From contig CALVWQ010000008.1 in assembly GCA_944367535.1 (NCBI GenBank), positions 6,685 through 70,684 of the forward strand: a stretch of DNA of 64,000 nucleotides. The letters run 5' to 3'. The DNA comes from an uncultured Clostridia bacterium. Its GTDB lineage: Bacteria; Bacillota; Clostridia; Christensenellales; Borkfalkiaceae. Position numbers and translations under genes: made by a program. The notes under the pieces were generated by a model, which did no database searches, had not been told where the DNA came from, and saw nothing but the letters and a program-made list of their open reading frames with translations. This document shows positions 49,275 through 60,645 of this stretch, piece after piece; within the stretch, counting starts at the first letter, position 1; each line of letters starts with the position of its first letter.

Positions 49275-49742
49275 CTAAAATGCCTTGGTTTTTTTCCCCG
49301 TTCGTTTGCGCCTGAAAAAATTTTTTATAAGGGCGGCACAATCGTCCTCCATGACACCGCCGATAAATTCTGTGGTATGATTTAGTCCGTTAATGGTAAG
49401 CACGGGATAAAGACTTTCCGCGCATCCGCTCTTTTTTTCGTGCGCCCCGAAATAAACTTTTTTTATGCGCGCGCCCGCAATCGCCCCCGCGCACATGGCG
49501 CACGGTTCAACGGTAACATACATTTCTGCGCCGTCAAGCCGCCAGCTCCCTAGCTTTTTGCAGGCTTTTTGAATCGCCTCCGTCTCGGCATGAGCCACTG
49601 CGGACTGTTTTCTTTCGGTGCGATTCTGCCCTCGGGCAATCACTTTTCCGTCAAGCACGATTACCGCGCCTATCGGCACTTCGTCGGCCTTGTCCGCGGC
49701 GCACGCCTCTTTAAACGCGGCGCGCATGAATTTCAATTCCAT
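49275..49742 (-). CDS. tadA: tRNA-specific adenosine deaminase
   Basis: 155 aa. Blocks HAETEAI and PCAMCAGAI (CDA zinc motifs). Confidence 0.92.
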   Translation of the reverse strand: MELKFMRAAFKEACAADKADEVPIGAVIVLDGKVIARGQNRTERKQSAVAHAETEAIQKACKKLGSWRLDGAEMYVTVEPCAMCAGAIAGARIKKVYFGAHEKKSGCAESLYPVLTINGLNHTTEFIGGVMEDDCAALIKNFFRRKRTGKKTKAF

Positions 49743-50512
49743 TTTTCCTCCGAAAACGCGGTTATCGCCGCTCCGACAACATTTCTGTTTTTCGAGAATA
49801 TACTTCCGGCATGTTCTTTCCCTATAGGGTGCGAAAGACTGTCCTTTCCTACCTCAATCGTAAGCGCGGATATCCCGAGTTTTTCTATGCACCAATCCTT
49901 ATAACCGCCCGCCGAAATTCCCGCGCTTTTAAGCGGATATCCGGTTGCCTCGGATACTGCGCGGGCAATATAAAAATCTCGCTTTCTTTTCTGTCCTGTT
50001 TGAAAAAACTCCCAGTAAATTTCCTCACCCTTGCAATGATAACTAAGAGTGATATCGGGTTTGACCGCGAGAGTAAAATCCCTGAGAGCGCGCGTTTCGC
50101 TTTCGGAAAAAGGAAATTCTCCGATGTAATTTTCCGCACCGCGGATACGCGTGTTTTTAGCGCCGCTTCCCCACCTCGCGTCGAAATTAACGTTAAGGTC
50201 GACGCCGTTTGCATTGGCTTTATAAAGCGGGTCTTTCGTCTCGGCGATAAAAATCCCGTCCGGATTTACTGCCGGTATAAAGTAAACCGTACCTGTTCTG
50301 CCTCGCCGCCGAAAATCTTCCGCCTGCATCATGGCAAGATAGGATGTTATATACTCTCTCGCGTGTATCGCATATTGCGCTATAAGCACCGGGCTTTCCG
50401 AAAAGGACACTTTCACATAATAAACGGGTCTTTTCATCTCGGTGTAACCGATTATACCCTTTTTTCCTTGAAAGTTTATGTAAAATTCGCTAACATCTGA
50501 AAAAACACTCAT
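49733..50512 (-). CDS. M14-family metallocarboxypeptidase (gamma-D-glutamyl-diamino-acid peptidase-like), no signal peptide
   Basis: 259 aa. Zinc motif context AIHAREYITS, then NPDG and a later YH. 10-nt overlap with tadA. Confidence 0.7.
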   Translation of the reverse strand: MSVFSDVSEFYINFQGKKGIIGYTEMKRPVYYVKVSFSESPVLIAQYAIHAREYITSYLAMMQAEDFRRRGRTGTVYFIPAVNPDGIFIAETKDPLYKANANGVDLNVNFDARWGSGAKNTRIRGAENYIGEFPFSESETRALRDFTLAVKPDITLSYHCKGEEIYWEFFQTGQKRKRDFYIARAVSEATGYPLKSAGISAGGYKDWCIEKLGISALTIEVGKDSLSHPIGKEHAGSIFSKNRNVVGAAITAFSEEKWN

Positions 50513-50527
50513 ACGACATAGTATGAA

Positions 50528-51001
50528 TTATTTGTGATAAGCGCTACCCCCTATAATTGAAAACGCCCTGTAAATCTGCTCCGTAAGCATTAAACGGAAG
50601 AGTGTATGCGGAAAAGTCATATCGGAAAACGAAACAAGTTGTGCCGCCGCCTTTTTTATCTCGTCCGAGAGGCCGTAAGAACCGCCTATGACAAAAGTAA
50701 TCACTCCATCTCCCGCATCCGTACACTCCTTGATTCTGCGGGCAAAAGTTTCGCTCGTGAATTTTATTCCTTCTATCGCCATCGCGAAAACCTTACCCGC
50801 GAGATGAGGCCTGATACGCTCCGCCTCCCTCCGCAAAATAGTTTCTTTCGTCGCATCGACTACGTGCGCGAAATTTTCTTCCGCGATTTCCGTAATTTTA
50901 AATTCGCAGTAACGCGAAAGCCTTTTAGCGTACTCGGCTATTCCCTCGGAATAATATTTTTCTTTTACTTTTCCCACCGCAACAACATTGATTTTTATCA
51001 T
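50528..51001 (-). CDS. rlmH: 23S rRNA (pseudouridine1915-N3)-methyltransferase
   Basis: I use the ATG at 51001 (MIKINVVAVGKVKEKYY...). C-terminal SFSDMTFPHTLFRLMLTEQIYRAF is the SPOUT RlmH signature. The start overlaps the upstream stop (TAATG). Confidence 0.9.
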   Translation of the reverse strand: MIKINVVAVGKVKEKYYSEGIAEYAKRLSRYCEFKITEIAEENFAHVVDATKETILRREAERIRPHLAGKVFAMAIEGIKFTSETFARRIKECTDAGDGVITFVIGGSYGLSDEIKKAAAQLVSFSDMTFPHTLFRLMLTEQIYRAFSIIGGSAYHK

Positions 51002-51942
51002 TACGCAAACGCTCCCGCTACAATCATGGCGACGCAAACGACAACGCCGAGTATGCCGTACGGAAAGAAAAACGCCTTTATTTCCCCCGCATTTCCCTTT
51101 GAAACGCCATTTTTACGACACAAGTTTTTATCCTTACTTTCAGTCGGCACATATAAAACAACGCGTCCTTTTTTAACATAATAAAACACAAAAAACACCA
51201 CGCAAACCGACAATAATACAAGTCCTCCCGCAATTATGAGAGGATTGTAAAGATTCACTTCCACTCCGAAATGAGTGAAAGTAAGCACGGCGAAATTATT
51301 GAAAAAATGTGCGATGACCGCGGGAAGTACGCTCGAAGCGGAACGCATCAGAATAAAGAGCGCAAACCCATATATAAACTGGTAAAAAAATTGCGAAAGC
51401 GAACAATGATACAGTGAAAAACAAAGCGCATTGACCGCCGCGGCGACAAAAACTCCCGTTCCGCCAACCCCTCCCGCAATTGCGCCGCGGAAGAAAAACT
51501 CCTCAGCCACGGCTGGAAAAACGGCGAGAAGCAGTACCATGACTAAATACTGCCACGTTTCATTGAGAGGTATATTATTCTCGGGAACATTTATACCGAT
51601 TTTGTCAAGTCCCTCCGCCACAGCGATATTGATAAATCCAAGGCCGAAAAACATGCCCGCGGCTAGTGCGACTGCAAAAAATATATAAAAGGGATTAAAC
51701 TTATTTACCGCACACATGCCGCTAAATTTTGCTTTACATAATTTTGATGCGATGATGAGCGTAACCGATATGCTAAATACCGAAAACAGGGAGTTTATCG
51801 CATAAAAAACAAAACTCCCCTCTTCGGCAACGGCAAAAAGAACGGCTTGTCCTATAAAAGCCGCCGCAAGATAAAAAATCATCATAAAGGCGAATGCCGC
51901 GCCCGAAGCCGCGCCGCCTATTTTCGTATTGCCGTTGTTCAT
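51001..51942 (-). CDS. CPBP-family intramembrane glutamic endopeptidase (CAAX protease-like)
   Basis: 313 aa, multi-TM. Motifs AEEFFFRG, FSLYH and HFFNN. Confidence 0.8.
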   Translation of the reverse strand: MNNGNTKIGGAASGAAFAFMMIFYLAAAFIGQAVLFAVAEEGSFVFYAINSLFSVFSISVTLIIASKLCKAKFSGMCAVNKFNPFYIFFAVALAAGMFFGLGFINIAVAEGLDKIGINVPENNIPLNETWQYLVMVLLLAVFPAVAEEFFFRGAIAGGVGGTGVFVAAAVNALCFSLYHCSLSQFFYQFIYGFALFILMRSASSVLPAVIAHFFNNFAVLTFTHFGVEVNLYNPLIIAGGLVLLSVCVVFFVFYYVKKGRVVLYVPTESKDKNLCRKNGVSKGNAGEIKAFFFPYGILGVVVCVAMIVAGAFA

Positions 51943-52067
51943 CGTTTACTCTTACAACCAAACCGCTCGGCACAAGATTTGTCACGGACGCGGTCTGCCG
52001 TTTTTCATAATTTATTTCCAGGATAAAACAATCCGCCCCCGTAAAATCAGGCGGATAAAAAATTTTT

Positions 52068-52667
52068 TTATTTCGCGGAAAGTTCTTCTGCAAGCGCGAT
52101 ATCGCGTTCTAAAAACTCACGTTCCGACTCGTCGCATTCAATACCCCGAAGCGCCGTCTTTATCGACGCGATGTCCGTTTCCGAAAAAGACAGTCTGCCG
52201 TCCGTAATAAGCCAGTAAAAGGGATTATATTCCGAATAATTTCCCTCGCAAAGCTGCTTTGCCTTTAATAAGGCGGATTCAATCCCCTCGCTTAAATAGA
52301 TAGAAACCGTAAGTCTGCCGTATGCCGCTTCGCGCGCGGAATAGTATGAGGAATATTTAGCGTCATACTCTTCGCAGTAATCAGCAAATTTTTCGTTTTC
52401 GATAAACAATGAAAGGTACTTTGCCGCGTCCTCCGACATGTCGTGTTCGTCTATTTTTTCGCACAACAGCGCAAGTTCTTCAAAGTCGCCCGTCTTTTCA
52501 TAACTGCGTATATAAAAATACGCGGCGGCGGAATCGTTGCCCGCGCCCTCGAACAACCTCGCAAGCGATACAGGCCGAAACAATACGAACGCCCCGAAAA
52601 TCAGCGCACACAAAAATATTATGGCCGCAAGCGTTACGGCGGCCGTTTTTAGAACGAGTTTAGACAA
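52068..52667 (-). CDS. Hypothetical N-terminally anchored protein
   Basis: 199 aa. One TM helix (AAVTLAAIIFLCALIFGAFVLF) followed by a helical acidic domain. No family recognised. Confidence 0.5.
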   Translation of the reverse strand: MSKLVLKTAAVTLAAIIFLCALIFGAFVLFRPVSLARLFEGAGNDSAAAYFYIRSYEKTGDFEELALLCEKIDEHDMSEDAAKYLSLFIENEKFADYCEEYDAKYSSYYSAREAAYGRLTVSIYLSEGIESALLKAKQLCEGNYSEYNPFYWLITDGRLSFSETDIASIKTALRGIECDESEREFLERDIALAEELSAK

Positions 52668-52807
52668 AATGCATATCCCCGCGATACCTTTTCGTATATA
52701 TTATTTTAACAGACCCGAGAATAAAAATCAACCCTTTAATAAGAATTTTCCCGTATTTGTAATTTACCGCGCTTATTTCTCATATTTTATTTTCGGGAGA
52801 TGTTTTT

Positions 52808-53482
52808 ATGAAAAAAATCGGAATATTGTTTTTATGTCTTATCAGTGTTTCATGTTTTATGTATTTGACGGGATGCAAAAAAGACGAGGGACTTGCTCCT
52901 TTCGTGAGCGAACTGCGCAGCGAGATTTACGAAGGGCAAAGCGACAGTTATCAGATAAGAGCGTCTTACGGATTTCGCGAAGAACCGTTTACAAACGACG
53001 GAAGCGTAGGAGAAAAAGTTTACAGACTCACATTCCGCATGACCGGCTTACAGACCGACAACACCGAACGCACCGTGTTTTTAACATATAAAGGCGTGGA
53101 ATATAAGAGTTTATTTTCGCTTAATCCCGTAAGCGACATACTGACTGCGACTTTGGAAATCGAAGATTTTTCGGAAAAGGAATTCAGTGCCGTGATATTC
53201 GCGGGCTCGGCTGCCGAAACAATAACATTTAAATCTATAATACCCGAAAATGCGCTCGACTATCGCGCCGCCCTCGCGCTTTTTGAGAAAAACCAACCCG
53301 CGCTCGCCGACAGTTTCAAGGACGAAAACGGAAATTTCTGCGCGGAAATCTATGCGCGCATAATCTTCAAAGATGAAAAACCGTTCTGGTATATAGGTTT
53401 TGCGAGCGGCAACAACAGGATCAAGGCACTGCTTCTCGACGGCGTAACGGGAGAAGTGCTCGCAACAAGAGACGTTTTATAA
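52808..53482 (+). CDS. Hypothetical lipoprotein
   Basis: 224 aa. Signal peptide with lipobox: MKKIGILFLCLISVSCFMYLTGC. GGGAGA ribosome-binding site upstream. A terminator follows. Confidence 0.6.
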   Translation: MKKIGILFLCLISVSCFMYLTGCKKDEGLAPFVSELRSEIYEGQSDSYQIRASYGFREEPFTNDGSVGEKVYRLTFRMTGLQTDNTERTVFLTYKGVEYKSLFSLNPVSDILTATLEIEDFSEKEFSAVIFAGSAAETITFKSIIPENALDYRAALALFEKNQPALADSFKDENGNFCAEIYARIIFKDEKPFWYIGFASGNNRIKALLLDGVTGEVLATRDVL

Positions 53483-53488
53483 TAATTT

Positions 53489-53516
53489 CTGTCCCGCCGA
53501 CTTATCGGCGGGACAG
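53489..53516. terminator. Bidirectional terminator between convergent lipoprotein genes
   Basis: ctgtcccgccga-ctta-tcggcgggacag, followed by aaaattttt. Confidence 0.75.
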
Positions 53517-53625
53517 AAAATTTTTCTATTGAAAAAAGTTTAGATAATGTATGGCTTTATATGTCATCCACGTTTATAAAGAAAACAAAAAATTTCGCAT
53601 AAATATCTTATGTCTTAAAATAAGT

Positions 53626-54240
53626 TCAGTTTTCGGAAGTGCGAATCCACTCATATCCGCAGAATGTTTTTCTTAAATATACCGCCGAGGTATTATTGTT
53701 TTCCAGTGCCGAGGATTGAAAAGAGTATTTTCCCGCCGACCAGCCGCAGGTGTTTCCGAACACTACTTTTGCAAGGTTATAACACCCGTCGAACGCGTAT
53801 GCTTCGATTCTCGTTACCGAAGATGGAATATTAACCTCAACGAGAGTTTCGTTCCCCGAAAATGCGCCTGCGCCTATTGCAACCACGGGAAGCCCCTCGT
53901 ATTGCGAAGGAATGTCTATGATTCGTGAGTCGGTATCCGCTTCCGTCAGAACAACTCCCCCGCTGCCGTCGGGAGAAAAAACAAAGTACAATTTATCGTG
54001 ATTATTATCTTCATTCTGTTCGCCATCCTCCGTATTCTCTTGCTCGGGAGGCTGCGTTTCGGAAGGATTTTCAAACGACGAATCCCCCGCCGTGTCCTTT
54101 CCGCCGTCATCGAAGGGCAAATCGGAAACGTCGGATTGTGTACCGTCCCCTTCGGCCACTTCTTTTTGAGCGCACGAAAACAAAAGAAAACAACTTGCGA
54201 CAGTTATAATTACAACCACCAAAACCAAAAATTTTTTCAT
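53626..54240 (-). CDS. Lipoprotein with an acidic linker and a BspA-type leucine-rich-repeat-like C-terminal domain
   Basis: 204 aa. Signal peptide with lipobox: MKKFLVLVVVIITVASCFLLFSC. A D/E/Q-rich linker is followed by IPSQYEGLPVVAIGAGAFSGNETLVEVNIPSSVTRIEAYAFDGCYNL. Confidence 0.55.
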   Translation of the reverse strand: MKKFLVLVVVIITVASCFLLFSCAQKEVAEGDGTQSDVSDLPFDDGGKDTAGDSSFENPSETQPPEQENTEDGEQNEDNNHDKLYFVFSPDGSGGVVLTEADTDSRIIDIPSQYEGLPVVAIGAGAFSGNETLVEVNIPSSVTRIEAYAFDGCYNLAKVVFGNTCGWSAGKYSFQSSALENNNTSAVYLRKTFCGYEWIRTSEN

Positions 54241-54252
54241 TTGTAAATTTAC

Positions 54253-54285
54253 TGCCGCGCGACCCGGAATTCGGGGCGCGCGGCA
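54253..54285 (-). terminator. GC-rich terminator hairpin after glnS
   Basis: tgccgcgcg...cgcgcggca outer 9-bp stem with an inner cccg/cggg pairing around aatt. Confidence 0.65.
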
Positions 54286-54298
54286 AAACCGTTTTAGA

Positions 54299-55930
54299 TT
54301 ATTTATTGAAATTATCCTTTAAGGAAACAATCTCGCTCAGGACTTCTCCGTCTTTTACGGCAAATCTTTTGAAATATCCCGTCCTTATGAACTGATAGAC
54401 CTTATCGGCCGAATTATTCATTACATAAGGCTCCACCTTGCCTTCGAAAACTTTCAGACTTTCCTTATTCATTCTCTCAGAAAAATCTTGTCCCGGATAC
54501 TCTTCGTCGTTAAGGAGATAACCGTACTTTCTTATTTTCACATCCACGGCATCATCCGCATTCACCCATTGTACGACGCCTTTGACCTTTATGCCGGAAG
54601 TATCGTTGCCGCTTTTGGACTCGGGAACATATGAGCATATAAGTTCCTTTACTTCCCCGTTATCGCCGAAAATTACGTCGTCGCACTTTATAATAAAAGC
54701 CGATTTAAGTCTTACGTATCCGTCTTTTTTCAGTCGGAAATATTTGGGCGGCGGCGCGACCGAAAAATCGTCCGCATCTATGAATATGTTTTTGGAAAAA
54801 GTTATTTTTCTCGTCTTACCGTCGCCGTCTTTGGGGTTAATTTCAAAATCGAGTTCCTCGCTCATGCCGTCGGGATAGTTGGCAATAGTAACCTTGACGG
54901 GTTTTAAAACCGCCATGGCGCGTTCGGCATGTTCGTTCAGATATTCCCTTATACACGCTTCGAGGTAACTTATCTGCACTTCCGAATTTGCCTTGCTGAC
55001 GCCTATTCTGCCGCAAAAGTCTTTGAGTACCTCGGCGGGAACTCCGCGGTTTCTTATCCCCGCGAGAGTAGGCATACGCGGGTCGTCCCAGCCCTCCACG
55101 GACCCGTCCTCGACGAGTTTTTTCAGGTATCTCTTGCTCATTACGAGATTTGTTACGTTAAGCCTTGCGAATTCTATCTGGCGCGGCTTGGGACTGAATC
55201 CCAATTCGATGCCGACCCAGTCGTAAAGCGGTCTGTGGTCCTCGAATTCGAGAGTGCAAAGCGAATGCGTTACGCCCTGCATATAATCGCAGATAGGGTG
55301 AGCGTAGTCGTACATGGGATAAATGCACCAGGTATTGCCCGTCCTGTGGTGCGGCTGGCGAAGTATCCTGTATATGACGGGGTCGCGCATATTGATATTG
55401 GGAGACGCCATGTCTATCTTGGCTCGGAGGCACTTTTCCCCGTCCGCAAACTTTCCATCCTTCATCGCCTTAAAGAGTTCGAGATTTTCTTCAACCGACC
55501 TGTTTCTGTAGGGGCTTTCCTTTCCCGCCTCCGTAAGCGTGCCGCGGCTCGCGGATATTTCCTCCGCAGTCATATCGCAGACGAAAGCCTTGCCTTTTTT
55601 TATCAGTTCGATTGCAAACTCGTATATTTTTCCGAAATAATCGGAGGCATAGGTTTCTTTGTCCCATGTAAAACCCAGCCACTTTATATCCTCTTTTATC
55701 GCTTCCACAAATTCCGTCTTTTCCTTCGAGGGATTCGTATCGTCGAAAAACAGGTTGCATTTTCCGCCGTACTTTTCCTTAATTCCGAAATTGAGGCATA
55801 TGGACTTGGCGTGCCCTATATGCAGATAACCGTTTGGCTCGGGCGGAAAACGCGTATAAACGCTTTTCACCACGCCGTTTTCAAGTTCGTCGTTTATTAT
55901 TTGTTCGATAAAGTTAGTCGCTTCCGCCAT
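54299..55930 (-). CDS. glnS: Glutamine--tRNA ligase
   Basis: 543 aa. NFIEQIINDELENG...TRFPPEPNGYLHIGHAKSICLNFG...FDDTNPSKE is nearly collinear with the E. coli GlnRS N-terminus as I recall it. VMSKR (KMSKS) is present. Confidence 0.93.
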   Translation of the reverse strand: MAEATNFIEQIINDELENGVVKSVYTRFPPEPNGYLHIGHAKSICLNFGIKEKYGGKCNLFFDDTNPSKEKTEFVEAIKEDIKWLGFTWDKETYASDYFGKIYEFAIELIKKGKAFVCDMTAEEISASRGTLTEAGKESPYRNRSVEENLELFKAMKDGKFADGEKCLRAKIDMASPNINMRDPVIYRILRQPHHRTGNTWCIYPMYDYAHPICDYMQGVTHSLCTLEFEDHRPLYDWVGIELGFSPKPRQIEFARLNVTNLVMSKRYLKKLVEDGSVEGWDDPRMPTLAGIRNRGVPAEVLKDFCGRIGVSKANSEVQISYLEACIREYLNEHAERAMAVLKPVKVTIANYPDGMSEELDFEINPKDGDGKTRKITFSKNIFIDADDFSVAPPPKYFRLKKDGYVRLKSAFIIKCDDVIFGDNGEVKELICSYVPESKSGNDTSGIKVKGVVQWVNADDAVDVKIRKYGYLLNDEEYPGQDFSERMNKESLKVFEGKVEPYVMNNSADKVYQFIRTGYFKRFAVKDGEVLSEIVSLKDNFNK

Positions 55931-56094
55931 AGATTACACCTTTTATCAGTTAATTTAATTAAAAGTATAGCACATTTTACCGAAATACAAAAGCAAATTT
56001 AAATATTTTATTAAACTATTCTATTGCTTGACTTAAAAGTCATTATAATGTAAAATTGTTTCTGTTATTCAAAATAAAAACGGACGGTAAACTT

Positions 56095-57504
56095 ATGTCA
56101 ATCAAACCCGACGACAACAAGATGGAAAAAATAGTCAATCTATGTAAAAACAGAGGTTTCATATTCCCCGGCAGCGAAATCTACGGCGGGCTCGCCAATA
56201 CTTGGGACTACGGACCTCTCGGTGTGGAACTTAAAAACAATATCAAACGCGCATGGTGGAAGAAGTTCGTTCAGGAGAACAAATACAACGTGGGGCTTGA
56301 CGCCGCCATTCTGATGAATCCGCAGACGTGGGTCGCCTCGGGTCATCTTGCGGGCTTTTCGGATCCCCTCATGGACTGCCGCGAATGTCACGAAAGATTC
56401 CGCGCCGACAAACTTATCGAGGACTGGGCGGCGGAGAGCGGTTATACGCTGGAAAAACCCATAGATTCGTTTACCAACGCCGAGATGAAAGCGTTTGTCG
56501 ACGAACATAAAATACCCTGCCCCACATGCGGCAAACATAATTTTACAGACATAAGGCAGTTCAACCTCATGTTCAAGACATTTCAGGGCGTTACCGAGGA
56601 CGCGAAAAACACCGTCTATCTCCGTCCCGAAACGGCGCAGGGTATATTTACAAATTTTGTAAACGTACAGCGCACAACGCGCAAAAAGATACCGTTCGGT
56701 ATAGGACAGATAGGTAAGTCTTTCAGAAACGAAATCACGCCCGGAAACTTTATATTCCGCGTCCGCGAATTCGAACAGATGGAACTCGAATTTTTCTGCA
56801 AGCCCGGCACCGACCTCGAATGGTTCGATTATTGGCGCAGCTTCTGCCGCGACTGGTTACTTTCCATCGGAATCAAAGAAGAAAATCTGCGTTTACGCGA
56901 TCATTCTCCCGAAGAACTCTGCTTTTACTCCAAAGCCACGACGGACTTTGAATTTCTTTTCCCGTTCGGCTGGGGCGAACTCTGGGGAGTTGCCGACCGC
57001 ACCGATTACGACCTCACACAACACAAGAACGTTTCGGGAAAAGACCTTTCTTATTTTGACCAGGAGACCGGCGAAAGATATATTCCTTACGTCATCGAGC
57101 CGAGTCTCGGTGTAGAAAGAAGCGTTCTCGCGGTTCTATGCAACGCATACGAAGAAGAAGTAATCGACGCCGAGAAAAACGACGTCCGTACCGTTTTGAG
57201 GCTTCATCCCGTGCTTGCTCCTTTCAAAGCCGCAGTTCTGCCCCTTTCAAAAAAACTCGGAGAAAAAGCGAGCGTGATTTACGAAGAACTCTCCGCGTAC
57301 TTCCCCGTTGATTACGACGAAACTGGCTCTATCGGAAAACGCTACCGCAGAGAGGACGAAATAGGTACTCCCTTCTGCATAACTTATGACTTCGATTCGG
57401 AAACCGATAACTGCGTAACTGTCCGGGAGCGCGATTCTATGGAACAGGTCAGGATTCCCGTTTCAGAATTAAAAGCATACATCGAAGAAAGAATAAAATA
57501 CTGA
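56095..57504 (+). CDS. glyQS: Glycine--tRNA ligase (single-chain class II, GlyQS type)
   Basis: Blocks [45 protein letters not shown] and a C-terminal anticodon-binding domain. The start could be 56095 or 56122. The track start at 56056 is unlikely. Confidence 0.93.
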   Translation: MSIKPDDNKMEKIVNLCKNRGFIFPGSEIYGGLANTWDYGPLGVELKNNIKRAWWKKFVQENKYNVGLDAAILMNPQTWVASGHLAGFSDPLMDCRECHERFRADKLIEDWAAESGYTLEKPIDSFTNAEMKAFVDEHKIPCPTCGKHNFTDIRQFNLMFKTFQGVTEDAKNTVYLRPETAQGIFTNFVNVQRTTRKKIPFGIGQIGKSFRNEITPGNFIFRVREFEQMELEFFCKPGTDLEWFDYWRSFCRDWLLSIGIKEENLRLRDHSPEELCFYSKATTDFEFLFPFGWGELWGVADRTDYDLTQHKNVSGKDLSYFDQETGERYIPYVIEPSLGVERSVLAVLCNAYEEEVIDAEKNDVRTVLRLHPVLAPFKAAVLPLSKKLGEKASVIYEELSAYFPVDYDETGSIGKRYRREDEIGTPFCITYDFDSETDNCVTVRERDSMEQVRIPVSELKAYIEERIKY

Positions 57505-57535
57505 TTTATTTATATTAAACCGATTAAAATATAAA

Positions 57536-57567
57536 ACCCGCCCGCCGGAACTGTCCGACGGGCGGGT
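57536..57567. terminator. Bidirectional terminator between convergent glyQS and groEL
   Basis: acccgcccg (57536-57544) pairs with cgggcgggt (57559-57567). T-rich on the plus side and A-rich before it. Confidence 0.75.
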
Positions 57568-57677
57568 TGTTTATTATTTACTTTACGCCATTTTGAAAAT
57601 TACCTTTTACGAGATAATTTACATATGTCGTCTTCGCGAAAGCGCACGGTTCAGACCGTCATGCCCGAAAGGTATTT

Positions 57678-59309
<1,632 letters not shown>

Positions 59310-59319
59310 TTACCTCCTG

Positions 59320-59604
59320 TTACTCAACAATGGCGAGTATATCGCTTTGACGGATAATCACAAGTTCTTTTCCGTCAACTTTAAATTCACTGCCCGCATA
59401 TTTCGAGTAGAGAACTTTATCTCCCACCTTAACCTGCATGACGACGTCTTTGCCGTCAACCAATCCGCCGGGTCCCACAGCAACAATCTTAGCCATCTGC
59501 TGTTTTTCCTGAGATGCCGACGGTAAAATAAAACCGCTGTTGGTTTTTTCTTCCGTTTCAAGCGCTTCGACAACTACTTTGTCGAACAAAGGTTTAACCT
59601 TCAT
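59320..59604 (-). CDS. groES: Co-chaperonin GroES (Cpn10)
   Basis: 94 aa. MKVKPLFDKVVV... with GKDVVMQVKVGDKVLYSKYAGSE. Confidence 0.96.
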   Translation of the reverse strand: MKVKPLFDKVVVEALETEEKTNSGFILPSASQEKQQMAKIVAVGPGGLVDGKDVVMQVKVGDKVLYSKYAGSEFKVDGKELVIIRQSDILAIVE

Positions 59605-59628
59605 TATTTATCTGCCTCCGTTTGATAA

Positions 59629-59655
59629 TTTAGCACTCTTAATACCGAAGTGCTA
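59629..59655 (-). promoter_or_regulatory. CIRCE operator (HrcA binding site)
   Basis: TTAGCACTC-N9-AAGTGCTAA, one mismatch to the consensus TTAGCACTC-N9-GAGTGCTAA. It lies between the promoter and the groES ATG. Confidence 0.9.
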
Positions 59656-59661
59656 ATTACT

Positions 59662-59689
59662 ATTATATACGAAGCAAATATTTTGTCAA
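59662..59689 (-). promoter_or_regulatory. Consensus sigma-A promoter of groESL
   Basis: On the minus strand: TTGACA (59689-59684), 16-nt spacer, TATAAT (59667-59662), directly upstream of CIRCE. Confidence 0.8.
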
Positions 59690-59786
59690 TAAAATATCGT
59701 GAAAATTTAATAAATTTTTAAATTTTTTTTTATTTTTGAAAATCAGCCGTCATATAAACATAAAAATGTCATAATAACATAAAAAC

Positions 59787-59810
59787 GCCGCGCGGGAATT
59801 CCCGCGCGGC
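59787..59810 (-). terminator. Terminator closing the HprK-like/PqqD/DUF1846 operon
   Basis: gccgcgcggg-aatt-cccgcgcggc, a perfect 10-bp GC stem flanked by A5 and A7 (T runs on the minus strand). Confidence 0.8.
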
Positions 59811-59912
59811 AAAAAAATGCGTTCTGAAAAATAAACGGAAAAAACAGAAAGCCGAAAATCTGAATTCGGGGCTACCGGAAAAACAGCGGCAGATTTATTT
59901 TAATGCCGATTT

Positions 59913-60617
59913 TCATTCGGCGTCTTTTTTGCTTTCCATGACCAGATGGCGCACTTCTTCCATGCTGTCCACATAATTGGTTCTGGTTTTCTTTTCCATA
60001 CCCTCTTTAAGAGCGAGCGCACCTATCAGGGAAATTGCCTTTTTAAGCCCCCTGTCGCTCTTTACCTTTACGGTGAACGGCGTTTCGGCATAAGTCTTTA
60101 CGTCGGAGAGGTCCTTCTGGAAATATATGCGTTCCTCAAAATCCTTGCAGTCGAGCGCGAGATGAAGTTTCATCGTCCTGCCTCGCGCGCTTATTTTTGC
60201 GACGAGTTTTCTGCCGAAACGGAAAGAAACGAAACGATTCGACAATCTCTTATGTATCTTTCTGTAAGAATTGAATTCATTGACGATTTCGTCGTAATAT
60301 TCCTGAGTTCTGACGTCGAGTTCGAGCATCTTTTCGCAGAAAGATACCCTCCTGTTAAATATTTCCCTGTCGTCCTCATCGTCTATAAGTTCTCCGATTT
60401 CCGCCGTGTCGTCTGCGGCTGCGGCTTCGCTTTCCGCCGCCTCGGCGTGAGCCGTTTCGGCCGCAAGTTTGGGCGCGGGCTCGGGCAGAAGTTCCACCGT
60501 ACGCGACTCCGGCTTTACCGAAGTTACGTATCTGTAAAACCGCACCGCCAGCAAAATGACAAGTATTGCGGCAAAAATTGCGGTGAGCGAAAGCGAAAGT
60601 TGCAATGTTGTACTCAT
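59913..60617 (-). CDS. Hypothetical membrane-anchored protein with an Ala/Glu/Asp-rich linker and a basic C-terminal domain
   Basis: 234 aa. TM helix LSLSLTAIFAAILVILLAV. Linker AETAHAEAAESEAAAADDTAEIGELIDDEDD. AGGAGG ribosome-binding site upstream, 28 nt after the DUF1846 stop. Confidence 0.6.
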   Translation of the reverse strand: MSTTLQLSLSLTAIFAAILVILLAVRFYRYVTSVKPESRTVELLPEPAPKLAAETAHAEAAESEAAAADDTAEIGELIDDEDDREIFNRRVSFCEKMLELDVRTQEYYDEIVNEFNSYRKIHKRLSNRFVSFRFGRKLVAKISARGRTMKLHLALDCKDFEERIYFQKDLSDVKTYAETPFTVKVKSDRGLKKAISLIGALALKEGMEKKTRTNYVDSMEEVRHLVMESKKDAE

Positions 60618-60645
60618 AATGTTTTTCCTCCTACAAATTATCGAA

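Noticed and set aside
54929-56002. 357-aa plus-strand ORF, the longest unassigned ORF in the track.
   Set aside because: It lies entirely antisense to glnS, which has unmistakable GlnRS motifs. The translation is low-complexity (R/F/L/V) with no family signal.
59872-59916. 14-codon micro-ORF (MKIGIKINLPLFFR) whose ATG overlaps the TGA of the last gene of the PqqD operon. I considered it as a possible RiPP precursor.
   Set aside because: It is too short, has no leader/core features and has no independent support. Such ATGA overlaps arise by chance. I mention it only so it can be checked if the operon proves to be a RiPP system.
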